Positions 26,494 to 34,837 are shown, counted from the first letter of the stretch. The stretch is 34,837 nt of DNA from Chitinophagaceae bacterium (GCA_036007525.1 DASYOS010000196.1:1-34837); one strand, 5' to 3'. Notes: a model not told the origin generated them from the sequence alone. Program-made: numbers and translations.

Positions 26494-27423
26494 TCATTTT
26501 TTATTATCACTCATCTGTTGCATCGCCATTATTTGCTTCATTGTTTTTTCCATGCCGTCACTCCCACCATCTAAAAATATTACATTTCCCTTTCCGTATT
26601 CTGCAAAGTTTTTTATTGCCTCTACCCACATGCTGAATAAAATTACGTTTGTATCAAGATTTGCCTGTTTCATTTCTGTTGCGGCCTGGCTCATACCTTT
26701 CGCAACTTCTTCTCTAAATAATGCAACACCTTGTCCACGTAATTGTGCTGCCAACCTTTCCGCCTCAGCTGCAATTTTTATTGCATTACCTTCTGCTTCA
26801 GCCGCTTTGGTTTTAGTTATAAGCAAAGCCTGTCCTTCATTTTCGGCTGCCGCTTTTAAATTATTACTTGCTACTACGCGGCTCATACTTTCAATAATCG
26901 CGGTGTCAAATGTTATATCATTTATTTGTAAGTCAATTAAATGATAACCCCAATCTTCAAGGGCAGCATCAATTTGGTCTTTTACATATAGTACAATTTC
27001 TTTTCTCAGGGTTAAAATTTCTGCCTGCCTTTTAGATGCCACGAAAGCCCTGATAGAACCTTCAACTGTTCTCACCAGAGATTGCATTAAATCCTTATCA
27101 CTGATAAATTTAAAAGCAACCCTTTTAATAGTTTCTTCCTGCTCGTTTTGCACGGCATATAAAAGCATACTTTTAAAATAAACATTTGCCTGGTCAACAG
27201 TAATTGCCTGGAAAGAAAGTTCAACCGAGCGGTTTTGGATGCTGATTTTTTTATATATCTGTTCTAAAAAAGGTATTTTAAAATTTAATCCCGGCCTCAT
27301 TATTCTCCGGTATTTACCAAACATGGTTATTACGCCGATATTACCTTGTTGAACAGTTACAAAACATCCAAGGATGGCAAATCCCAAAATGATAGCCCAC
27401 CAATAATCTCTTAAAAATTCCAT
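26494..27423 (-). CDS. SPFH/Band 7 (stomatin/prohibitin-like) membrane protein
   Basis: N-terminal transmembrane segment, FGKY…PGLNFKIPF, WGYHLIDLQINDI and an Ala/Glu-rich coiled coil (AAEAEG…AEAE). Confidence 0.93.
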   Translation of the reverse strand: MEFLRDYWWAIILGFAILGCFVTVQQGNIGVITMFGKYRRIMRPGLNFKIPFLEQIYKKISIQNRSVELSFQAITVDQANVYFKSMLLYAVQNEQEETIKRVAFKFISDKDLMQSLVRTVEGSIRAFVASKRQAEILTLRKEIVLYVKDQIDAALEDWGYHLIDLQINDITFDTAIIESMSRVVASNNLKAAAENEGQALLITKTKAAEAEGNAIKIAAEAERLAAQLRGQGVALFREEVAKGMSQAATEMKQANLDTNVILFSMWVEAIKNFAEYGKGNVIFLDGGSDGMEKTMKQIMAMQQMSDNKK

Positions 27424-27457
27424 ATAGTAAGTTTAGAAGTTGAAGGTAGTTATTTCA

Positions 27458-27514
27458 GCCTCATCCTCCAACTCCTTCTCCTCCAAAGGAGTCCTTCGGA
27501 CAATAGAGAAGGAG
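27458..27514. repeat. REP-like stem-loop with a nested double mini-hairpin repeat (copy 2)
   Basis: The outer stem ctccttctc (27472-27480) / gagaaggag (27506-27514) encloses ctccaaaggagtccttcggacaat. Confidence 0.75.
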
Positions 27515-27624
27515 CGGTACTTTTATCAATATCCAAACATTATATCTTCCATCTCATCTGCAATTTATTTCAGCAACATTCTGGACTTTTGCTAATTCAG
27601 CATAAACGGGATTGTGCGTTAGCA

Positions 27625-27658
27625 AGTCTCCCCATTGGGGGGGAGATTTAGAGGGGGC
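27625..27658. repeat. GC-rich REP-like hairpin overlapping the pepT stop codon
   Basis: agtctcccc-attggg-ggggaga-tttagagggggc. The pepT TAA (27648-27650) lies inside it. Confidence 0.75.
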
Positions 27659-28904
27659 TACTCTTCTCTTCCCATACCATACACAAATGCACAATGGTTT
27701 CAGCACTCTTAGCCATGTCTTTTACGCCGATCCATTCCAGCTTTGAATGTATGCCCTGCATACCAGTAAAAATATTCGGACAAGGTAGTCCCATATAGCT
27801 TAACCTGCTTCCATCTGTTCCACCACGGATACTTTCTGTTTTTACTTTTAATCCGGTTCGTTTTATTGCTTCTTCTGCATAAGCAACAACTTCTGGATGT
27901 TTATCAAGAATACTTTTCATGTTTCGGTATTGTTCTTTAATTGAGAACTCCATAGTGACTCCGGGATATTTTTTTATGATATTTAAGGCCAGCATTCTCA
28001 ATTTTTCTCCATGCTCTTTCAGATTCTCATTATCAAAATCTCTTACAATAAATTCTATTGTCGCTCTCTCAGCAATTCCTTCCACTCTTACGGGGTGCAC
28101 GAAGCCTTGTTTCTTTTCTGTTGCTTCAGGCGCCCATTCCTTTTTAGGCAAAGCCTCTAAAATTTCACCGGCAATCTTAATTGCATTTACGAGTTTTCCT
28201 TTTGCATAACCGGGGTGGGCAATAACACCCTTAATAATTATTGTTGCACCATCAGCACTAAAGGTTTCATCTTCCAGGCTGCCGGCTTCTCCGCCATCCA
28301 AGGTGTATCCAAATTGTGCATTTAATTTTTGCATATCAATTTTTGCAGTGCCTTTGCCTACTTCTTCATCAGGGGTAAATAAAATTTTTATCTCTCCATG
28401 CTTTATCTCCGGGTTATTAATTAAATATGTTGCGGCTTCCATAATTGCAGCTACACCACTTTTATCATCGGCACCCAACAAAGTATTTCCGCTTGCTGTA
28501 ATAATATCATTACCTATATGATTTTTTAAATAAGGTGCATCAGCAATTTTTAATGTCTGAGATGGCTCATCAGGCAAAACAATATCATTGCCGTTATAAT
28601 TTTTATGTAAAATTGGTTTTACATTGGTTCCGCTGCAATCTGGCGCTGTATCTACATGACTGCAAAAACAAATAACAGGGATATTTTTTTTATCAGAGTT
28701 GGAAGGAATGCTACAATATACATAACCATGCGTATCTAATTCTGCTGCAATACCCATCTGTTGTAATTCACTTAATAATATTTTACTAAGATCTTTTTGT
28801 TTTTCCGTTGTTGGAAATGTATTGCTTTGCGGATCGCTTTGTGTATCAATTTGAACATACCGCATAAAGCGTTCGGTAATGCTGCTCTCATTTATTTTTA
28901 TCAT
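27648..28904 (-). CDS. pepT: Peptidase T (M20B tripeptidase)
   Basis: RFMRYVQIDTQS, SHVDT, LLGADDKSG, FTPDEEVG and IRGGTDG motifs. ATG at 28904 preferred, with a TATGTTTG -7 box at 28928-28921. Confidence 0.96.
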   Translation of the reverse strand: MIKINESSITERFMRYVQIDTQSDPQSNTFPTTEKQKDLSKILLSELQQMGIAAELDTHGYVYCSIPSNSDKKNIPVICFCSHVDTAPDCSGTNVKPILHKNYNGNDIVLPDEPSQTLKIADAPYLKNHIGNDIITASGNTLLGADDKSGVAAIMEAATYLINNPEIKHGEIKILFTPDEEVGKGTAKIDMQKLNAQFGYTLDGGEAGSLEDETFSADGATIIIKGVIAHPGYAKGKLVNAIKIAGEILEALPKKEWAPEATEKKQGFVHPVRVEGIAERATIEFIVRDFDNENLKEHGEKLRMLALNIIKKYPGVTMEFSIKEQYRNMKSILDKHPEVVAYAEEAIKRTGLKVKTESIRGGTDGSRLSYMGLPCPNIFTGMQGIHSKLEWIGVKDMAKSAETIVHLCMVWEEKSSPL

Positions 28905-28936
28905 ACAAAATTTTAAACTGCAAACATACAATCCAA

Positions 28937-30037
28937 TTAAACCATTTTATATATTTTACCAGGCAATGAATTAATAACTGATTGCATTTCTAATGTAAGT
29001 AATGCAGATGCAACAGCGCTGCTGCTTAAACCACTTTTAATATACAATTCATCAATATGAATTTGCTCCTGTTGTTGTAGAATAGTAACGATAATTTTTT
29101 CATCATCTGTAAGCTCAATAAATAATTCACGCTGTTTTTTTGCAGATGGCTTTTTGTGCTCCTTCCATCCCATATTCTCTAAAAGATCATTTGCCGAAGT
29201 GATAAGGCCGGCTTTATTGTTCTGTATAAGATAATTACATCCTTCATTTTTTGTATCTGTAGTTCTTCCGGGGATTGCAAAAACATCTTTATTATAGCCG
29301 TTACCTAATTCGGCTGTAATTAATGAACCACCTTTCAATCCTGATTCTATAACAACAATTGCATCGCTTATGCCAGCCACAATACGGTTGCGTTTTGGAA
29401 AATTTTGTTTATCAGGATTTGTTTTACTTCTAAAGTCAGTAAGTATACCTCCTTGCTCTATCATATCCTTAGCAAGCGATTTATTTTGAGATGGATAAAT
29501 CCTATCTAATCCGTGTGCAAGAACGCCAACAGTTTTTAAATCATTTTTTAATGCAGTTTTATGTGCAATGCTGTCAATACCAAATGCAAGTCCGCTTACA
29601 ATTAATATATTTTCGCCTGCTAAATCTTCTACCAGTTTTTCGCAAACGCTTTTGCCATAATCATTATTATTTCTTGTGCCAACTATGGCTACAATTTTCG
29701 ATTGATTAAAATCTACATTGCCTTTAGCATAAAGTATAGCCGGACTATCATAGCAATTGAGTAAGCGTTGCGGATAATTTTTATCAGAAATAAATAAAGC
29801 TGTTATTTTATATTTTTCTATGAAGGAAATTTCTTCCTCAGCTTGTTTAAAATCGGTAAAATGTTTTATAGAATTTGCTCTTACAGAACCAATGCCTTCA
29901 ATTACTTCAAGCTCCTTCTTCTTTGCTTTAAAAATTGCTTCAGCACTTTCAAAATGATTTATCAATGCCTTTGCATGAACATCGCCAATATTGGGAACTA
30001 AGGTTAGAGAGATTTGATATAGAAGATCGTTGTGCAT
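28937..30037 (-). CDS. dprA: DNA-processing protein DprA
   Basis: VAIVGTR, VSGLAFGIDSIAH, FPKRNRIVAG and GGSLITA motifs, plus a C-terminal winged helix. Confidence 0.96.
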   Translation of the reverse strand: MHNDLLYQISLTLVPNIGDVHAKALINHFESAEAIFKAKKKELEVIEGIGSVRANSIKHFTDFKQAEEEISFIEKYKITALFISDKNYPQRLLNCYDSPAILYAKGNVDFNQSKIVAIVGTRNNNDYGKSVCEKLVEDLAGENILIVSGLAFGIDSIAHKTALKNDLKTVGVLAHGLDRIYPSQNKSLAKDMIEQGGILTDFRSKTNPDKQNFPKRNRIVAGISDAIVVIESGLKGGSLITAELGNGYNKDVFAIPGRTTDTKNEGCNYLIQNNKAGLITSANDLLENMGWKEHKKPSAKKQRELFIELTDDEKIIVTILQQQEQIHIDELYIKSGLSSSAVASALLTLEMQSVINSLPGKIYKMV

Positions 30038-30072
30038 TGATAAAATTCAACAACGAATAAAAGAAAATTAAT

Positions 30073-30264
30073 TCACATTTTTTGAATTTCGAATTGTTTG
30101 CAAATGGTATCGCAAAGAAATTTATCCAATTTTGGGTGGCGGGGTATGGTTGTCTTCTTTTTTGTAATAATATTTTGATAAATATCATGTTTTGAACCAT
30201 GACGATGCAGATGGCAGTTATGATTTTCCAGATGTTTAATAAATTGATTTCTTTTAACTGACAT
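30073..30264 (-). CDS. hicA: HicA family mRNA interferase toxin
   Basis: KRNQFIKHLENHNC…RHGSKHDIY…TTIPRH…ICKQ. The ATG at 30264 overlaps the hicB end. Confidence 0.88.
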   Translation of the reverse strand: MSVKRNQFIKHLENHNCHLHRHGSKHDIYQNIITKKKTTIPRHPKLDKFLCDTICKQFEIQKM

Positions 30265-30466
30265 CAGCAAAAATTAGATCTTCTTCTAAAACTTTATTTT
30301 CAGAATCTTTTTCATTTTGCATATCTTCTAAATAAAATTCTAAAGCATCTAACACGTTCGCCTTTGCTTCTTTTATAGTTGTGCCTTGAGAAATAACAGA
30401 GGGTATTTCTTTAATGGTTCCGATATATAATTCTTCTCCTTTTAATACAACTACTGTAAGTTTCAT
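30254..30466 (-). CDS. hicB: Short HicB family antitoxin (no DNA-binding domain)
   Basis: YIGTIKEIPSVISQGTTIKEAKANVLDALEFYLE, acidic, 70 aa. Confidence 0.9.
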   Translation of the reverse strand: MKLTVVVLKGEELYIGTIKEIPSVISQGTTIKEAKANVLDALEFYLEDMQNEKDSENKVLEEDLIFADVS

Positions 30467-30494
30467 GGTTGACTTTTTATAAAGTTATTCATTT

Positions 30495-32459
30495 TTAATT
30501 ACTCACCACACTCAGTTCCGTCCTCCTGTTCAATGCCCGTCCTGCTTCGGTTTTATTATCAGCAATGGGTTTTGTTTCTCCAAACCCCTTAAAAGTTAAC
30601 CTGTCATTTTTTATTCCTTTGCCTAATAAATAATTTATTACAGCAACTGATCTTCCCAGGGACAGTTTAAGATTGTCTTCCGGCTTGCCAACATTATCAG
30701 TATGTCCACCGATCTGAATTTTTAATTTAGGGTTCTCATTCATTAGAATAACTACATTATCAAGCTCTGTTATTGACTCAGGTTTGAGTTCTGTTTTCTT
30801 AGTATCAAAAAAAACATTCTTTAAAATAACGCTTGCATTTGCTTCAATAGGTTGTAAGGCAATATCAATTTGATATACTGAATCAGGTGCATTTTTAGCC
30901 AGCTTAAAATTTTCGGAGTAAAATAAATATTCTTTCCGGTTAACATTAAAAGCATAATCCTTGCCTACAGGAAGGGTAACTAAATAATATCCGTCCTCGT
31001 CAGTTTGTAATTTACTTATCAATTGTTTGTTCGTTACATCAGCCAACTCAACAGAAGAAGGCAAACCGATTTTTGTTTTTTTATCAAAAACTTTCCCCTT
31101 CACCCATAATGTTTTTGCAGGACGAACATCTTCTCTCAATTCAAAAGTGTAAATATCCAGCGCTCCTTTAGTGTCGCTTCTGTCACTTGCATAATAGGCT
31201 GTTTTGCCGTCAGATGAAACTATTAATGAACCTTCTTCATCCGTGGTATTAATTGGGTATCCTAAATTTTCAGGTTTACTCCATTTCCCATCTGGTTGTT
31301 TGCGTGATACAAACAGATCTGATTTATCGCTATATCCGGGATGGCCTGTTGAGTTAAAATATAAAGTTTGATTATCTGCATGAATAAAAGGTGAGCCTTC
31401 GTGGCCTCCTGTATTTATTTCCGGTCCTAGATTTTGTGCAGGGCCCCATTTGCCATTTGCATTCCGATGGCTTACCCAAATATCACTGCTGCCAAACCCT
31501 CCGGGCACACTACTGCTAAAATAAAGATCCCTTTTATCAGGAGAAAGTGAAGGAGATGTTTCCCAAAATTCTGAATTAATATTTTGTCCCAGATTTTCAG
31601 CTTTGCTCCATCCCTGTTTTGTTAAGTAAGAAATGTAAAGGTCACAGCTGCCCATTCCTTCCGGAAAATTACAACCTGTAAATATCAGCCATTGGCCATT
31701 CTGAGAAATATTTTGTGCACCTTCATTAAATTGAGGCGAATTTATATTTCCTTCTAACGGTTTTGCTTTGCTCCACTTCCCGTTTATTAATTCACTCTCA
31801 TAAAAATCTTCATTTCCTTTTCCCTGGCTGGCATTAACTCTTCTTGTAATAACTATTTTTTTTCCATCAATGGTAAGGGAAGGATAATATTCAGGATCTT
31901 TTGTATTTATATTATCGCCCAAATTCTGCGGGTTAAAAACATAGTTTTTTAAAGGATGATTTTTTGCATAATCAATTGCGAAAGCATATGCTTTTTTTCT
32001 GAACTCTCCGGCTTTAATACTTCTGTCGTTTAGTTTAGGAATAACAAGAAAAGTATTAACAGCATTTAAAGCTCTATCAAATTTCCCTGCGCCTGCCAAA
32101 GAAATGGAGTAGGGAAGTAAATAGTATTTGGAATAAACCGAATCTAAAGAAAATGCTTTTTCAAATTGATTAACTGATTCGCTATAATCTTTAAGCTCTG
32201 CATACATACCGGCAATAGATAAATATGCATCAACATATTTTGGTTCAATTTTCAACGCATCATTCACCATTTTTATTGCAACAGGTAACTTTCCATTTTG
32301 TGCATTAGCTATTGCCTGAAGGTAAATATCGGTCGCTTTTGTCTTCACTTTTAAAGGATCGTACCATTGAGCGTATGTGATGTTCGCAGTAAGAAGTAAA
32401 AGGCATAAAATGTATGATGTGCGATGTTGGATGTACGAAGTAATGACAGACGTTTTCAT
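30495..32459 (-). CDS. PorE-like protein: TPR, PD40 beta-propeller, carboxypeptidase-regulatory-like and OmpA peptidoglycan-binding domains
   Basis: ATG at 32459 gives a signal peptide (…TYA-Q). NLGxNIN…PSLS.DG repeats, and GHTDNVG…NLKLSLGR…GFGETKP…NRRTE. Confidence 0.9.
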   Translation of the reverse strand: MKTSVITSYIQHRTSYILCLLLLTANITYAQWYDPLKVKTKATDIYLQAIANAQNGKLPVAIKMVNDALKIEPKYVDAYLSIAGMYAELKDYSESVNQFEKAFSLDSVYSKYYLLPYSISLAGAGKFDRALNAVNTFLVIPKLNDRSIKAGEFRKKAYAFAIDYAKNHPLKNYVFNPQNLGDNINTKDPEYYPSLTIDGKKIVITRRVNASQGKGNEDFYESELINGKWSKAKPLEGNINSPQFNEGAQNISQNGQWLIFTGCNFPEGMGSCDLYISYLTKQGWSKAENLGQNINSEFWETSPSLSPDKRDLYFSSSVPGGFGSSDIWVSHRNANGKWGPAQNLGPEINTGGHEGSPFIHADNQTLYFNSTGHPGYSDKSDLFVSRKQPDGKWSKPENLGYPINTTDEEGSLIVSSDGKTAYYASDRSDTKGALDIYTFELREDVRPAKTLWVKGKVFDKKTKIGLPSSVELADVTNKQLISKLQTDEDGYYLVTLPVGKDYAFNVNRKEYLFYSENFKLAKNAPDSVYQIDIALQPIEANASVILKNVFFDTKKTELKPESITELDNVVILMNENPKLKIQIGGHTDNVGKPEDNLKLSLGRSVAVINYLLGKGIKNDRLTFKGFGETKPIADNKTEAGRALNRRTELSVVSN

Positions 32460-32587
32460 CAGGAAGCATAAAATATTATCAAAATATAAAATTAGCAGAA
32501 ATAATCCTCTCAATTATGTAAGGCAATGTTAAGGTAATCCGTAAATCGCACTTCATACATCATGCTTCGTACATCTTACTTCGTACA
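32411..32587. repeat. Paired inverted TGTACGA-like heptamer arrays (32411-32445 and 32539-32587)
   Basis: tgtatga tgtgcga tgttgga tgtacga … tcgcact tcataca tcatgct tcgtaca tcttact tcgtaca. Same family as the array in prmC. Confidence 0.85.
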
Positions 32588-33205
32588 TCAAGGCACATTA
32601 ATATACTTGTGAATCTGTAACGATAACTCCCATTGAGGATGGGATTTTATATAATCAATTATCAATGGGGTAACAATCGAAGCTTTGTCCCATTCAGGTT
32701 GCAGGTAAAGTTTACAATTTTGGGAAACCAATACAGCATGTTTTTCTGCCCATTTAAAATCAGAACTATTAAAGATGACAACTTTTAGCTCGTCTGCTTT
32801 TTGTAAAACTTCGGGTAATGGGGCTTTAAATTTTTTGGGAGAAAGACAGATCCAATCCCATTCCCCGCTTAGAGCAGATGAACCGGATGTTTCAATATTT
32901 GTTTGAAAACCTGCTTCATGCAATGCATTGGTTAGTTTAGCAAGATCATGTAATAAAGGTTCTCCTCCTGTAATAACTGCCAGCCTCGCCGGATATTTTT
33001 TTGCATCCTCTACAATTTTTAAAATTGTTTTTAAAGGATGTGCATTCGCATCCCAACTTTCCTTTACATCGCACCAAACGCAGCCAACATCGCAACCACC
33101 AAGGCGAATAAAATAAGCCGCCTTTCCCTGGTGATAACCTTCCCCCTGTAATGTATAAAATGCTTCCATTACCGGAAGTGATGTTGTATAATTAGTCTGA
33201 ACCAT
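32588..33205 (-). CDS. queE: 7-carboxy-7-deazaguanine synthase (radical SAM)
   Basis: FYTLQGEG, CDVGCVWCD, ITGGEP, IETSG, SPK and QIHKYI motifs. ATG at 33205 preferred. Confidence 0.95.
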   Translation of the reverse strand: MVQTNYTTSLPVMEAFYTLQGEGYHQGKAAYFIRLGGCDVGCVWCDVKESWDANAHPLKTILKIVEDAKKYPARLAVITGGEPLLHDLAKLTNALHEAGFQTNIETSGSSALSGEWDWICLSPKKFKAPLPEVLQKADELKVVIFNSSDFKWAEKHAVLVSQNCKLYLQPEWDKASIVTPLIIDYIKSHPQWELSLQIHKYINVP

Positions 33206-33292
33206 GATTGGGTAGATTAGCAGATTAACATGAAAAAATGCTTTTAAATATTTTTTTAATCCCATAAATCCTATAAATCATGGTTCAGACAA
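33193..33292. repeat. Inverted pair of AATC-based arrays with perfect 15-bp terminal inverted repeats
   Basis: gtctgaaccatgatt (33195-33209) is the reverse complement of aatcatggttcagac (33276-33290). Internal gatt/aatc units. Confidence 0.85.
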
Positions 33293-34152
33293 TTTGCTTT
33301 ATAAGTATTCATCAGTAATGCTGCAATGGTCATAGGCCCTACACCACCCGGAACAGGCGTAATATAGCTGCACTTTGGCGCTACATTCTCAAACTCAACA
33401 TCCCCTTTTATAGTATATCCGGCCTTTTTTGCTGCATTCTCAATTCTTGTAATACCCACATCAATTATGACGGCATCTTGTTTTACCATATCTGCTTTTA
33501 AAAAACCTGGCTTACCTAATGCAGCAATAATTATATCTGCTTCTAAACAAATTTCTTTTAAATTTTTTGTATGAGAATGACAAAGCGTTACTGTACAATT
33601 TCCAAAATCATCATTCCTGCTTAGCAAAATGCTTATAGGCCTCCCAACGATATTGCTTCTACCGATTACCACGGCATGTTTACCTTTTGTTTCAATTTTA
33701 TAATGTTGTAACAATAAAATAATTCCATAAGGTGTTGCAGAAATAAAAGTTTCTGACCCCTGCACCATTTTACCAACATTTACCGGGTGAAAGCCATCCA
33801 CATCTTTGGCCGGGTTAATTAAGTTTATGATTTTATCTTCTGAAATATTTTTAGGCAATGGAAGTTGCACCAATATGCCATCCACATCATTGTCGTAATT
33901 AAGTTTATGAATTAGTTCAAGCAACTCGGCTTCACTAACATTATTTGGCAGGTGAATTAATGTTGATTTAAAACCAACCTCTTCACAACTTTTCACTTTT
34001 GATGCAACATAGGTTTCGCTGGCGCCATTATTACCAACTAAAATTGCAGCCAGGTGAGGTATTTTGCTGCCATTCTTCTTTAATTCGGTCACTTTAGTTT
34101 TTAAACGATCTTTTATGGCTTGTGATGCAAGCTTTCCATCTAATAATTGCAT
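33271..34152 (-). CDS. folD: Bifunctional methylenetetrahydrofolate dehydrogenase/cyclohydrolase
   Basis: [30 protein letters not shown] and [11 protein letters not shown] motifs. Confidence 0.97.
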   Translation of the reverse strand: MQLLDGKLASQAIKDRLKTKVTELKKNGSKIPHLAAILVGNNGASETYVASKVKSCEEVGFKSTLIHLPNNVSEAELLELIHKLNYDNDVDGILVQLPLPKNISEDKIINLINPAKDVDGFHPVNVGKMVQGSETFISATPYGIILLLQHYKIETKGKHAVVIGRSNIVGRPISILLSRNDDFGNCTVTLCHSHTKNLKEICLEADIIIAALGKPGFLKADMVKQDAVIIDVGITRIENAAKKAGYTIKGDVEFENVAPKCSYITPVPGGVGPMTIAALLMNTYKANCLNHDL

Positions 34153-34156
34153 GCTG

Positions 34157-34164
34157 CAAAATTA
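34157..34164 (-). promoter_or_regulatory. Bacteroidota -7 promoter box TAATTTTG, 4 nt before the folD ATG
   Basis: Minus strand reads TAATTTTG-CAGC-ATG. Confidence 0.65.
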
Positions 34165-34251
34165 GCCATCAACATTCGTTTTTAATTTGTTTTTATTTAG
34201 GAGATAAAAATTAAATTTGATTTAGTAATTTTTCTACCTAATTCATCTACA

Positions 34252-34837
34252 TTGAAAATTTATTATTTAGCTTTTATTTTTATCTTATTTACAGGCAAAA
34301 ATTTTAGTCAGGCAGTTCGGCAGCCGATAGCAGCAAATTATATCGGCTTAGGCGCTTATAGTAAAAATCGCGTAGATGTTTTTTCGTTTACAGCCAACCA
34401 GGCGGCATTGGCACAAATAAAAAATGCTTCGGTTGGAGTGTATGGAGAAAAACGGTTTTTACTTTCCTCCATTAATCTCTTTTCTGCCGTTGCCGTTTTA
34501 CCAACAAAACAAGGAAATTTTGGTTTGCAGGCTGATTATTTCGGATTTAAAAATTACAATGAATCACAAATTGGACTGGCATACGCCAGAAGCCTGGGAA
34601 GCAAATTAGACGTAGGAATAAAATTTAACTATTATGGATTTCGTATTCCTGCTTATGGAAATGCTTCTGCAATAAATTTTGAAATAGGCGCTATAACACA
34701 TCTTTCAGAAAAATTGCATGTAGGTATTCATACATACAACCCTGTGGGAGGAAGGTTATCAAAAACTGATGAGGAAAAACTGAGTTCAATTTATAAGTTT
34801 GGAATAGGGTATGAAGCGTCAGAAAAGTTTTTTGTAA
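34252..34837 (+). CDS. PorV/FadL-like outer-membrane beta-barrel protein (3'-truncated by the window end, absent from the ORF track)
   Basis: The frame from TTG at 34252 is open to the edge: signal peptide, …FSFTANQAALA (NPA-like plug motif), then strands GVYGEKRF, GNFGLQADYFG and IGLAYARSL. Confidence 0.8.
   Translation, partial: MKIYYLAFIFILFTGKNFSQAVRQPIAANYIGLGAYSKNRVDVFSFTANQAALAQIKNASVGVYGEKRFLLSSINLFSAVAVLPTKQGNFGLQADYFGFKNYNESQIGLAYARSLGSKLDVGIKFNYYGFRIPAYGNASAINFEIGAITHLSEKLHVGIHTYNPVGGRLSKTDEEKLSSIYKFGIGYEASEKFFV

Noticed and set aside
2155-33116. Numerous 60-130 aa alternative-frame and antisense ORFs in the track (e.g. 14884-15204, 26552-26944, 27919-28209)
   Set aside because: They overlap well-supported genes and show no recognisable motifs.
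32588-33205. queE as part of a 7-deazaguanine DNA-modification (dpd) defence island
   Set aside because: No dpdA/tgt-like, queC, queD or folE genes are nearby, and the context is housekeeping.
20634-33265. Longest-ORF starts at 20657, 26510, 28931, 32513 and 33265
   Set aside because: The extensions run through repeats, a terminator or a promoter box. Downstream ATGs give proper signal peptides or family-typical N-termini.
34424-34609. 61-aa ORF near the window end
   Set aside because: Out of frame within the longer barrel-protein CDS that starts at 34252.

Overview
AT-rich chromosomal window from a Bacteroidota genome, probably Chitinophagaceae-like. This rests on T9SS type A and B sorting domains, PorP/SprF, PorE-like and PorV-like genes, and TAnnTTTG -7 promoter boxes. 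Most of it is housekeeping and envelope genes: a PKD adhesin-like T9SS substrate with its PorP, a GlcD-like oxidase, LOG, an SSS transporter, an O-methyltransferase, a glucosaminidase-LysM protein, hpt, a vWA protein, dnaJ, grpE, a peroxiredoxin, a peptidase/propeller/Omp85-like protein, EcsC, prmC, exbBD, a cupin, SPFH, pepT, dprA, queE and folD. Accessory-looking items are a hicBA toxin-antitoxin pair, a mosaic TPR + DUF4350-like protein, a 16-aa repeat protein and a frameshifted lipoprotein. I found no rRNA, tRNA, CRISPR array, transposase or integrase. The most unusual signal is a dense set of short repeat families (paired inverted 7-mer arrays, 9-mer arrays ending in GGTTCAGAC, and GC-rich REP-like hairpins). 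They sit at gene junctions and also lie in frame inside genes: in three signal peptides, a PrmC linker, an Omp85-like protein linker, the QueE start, and the FolD and PepT stops. All family calls come from motif recognition by eye, with no database searches.
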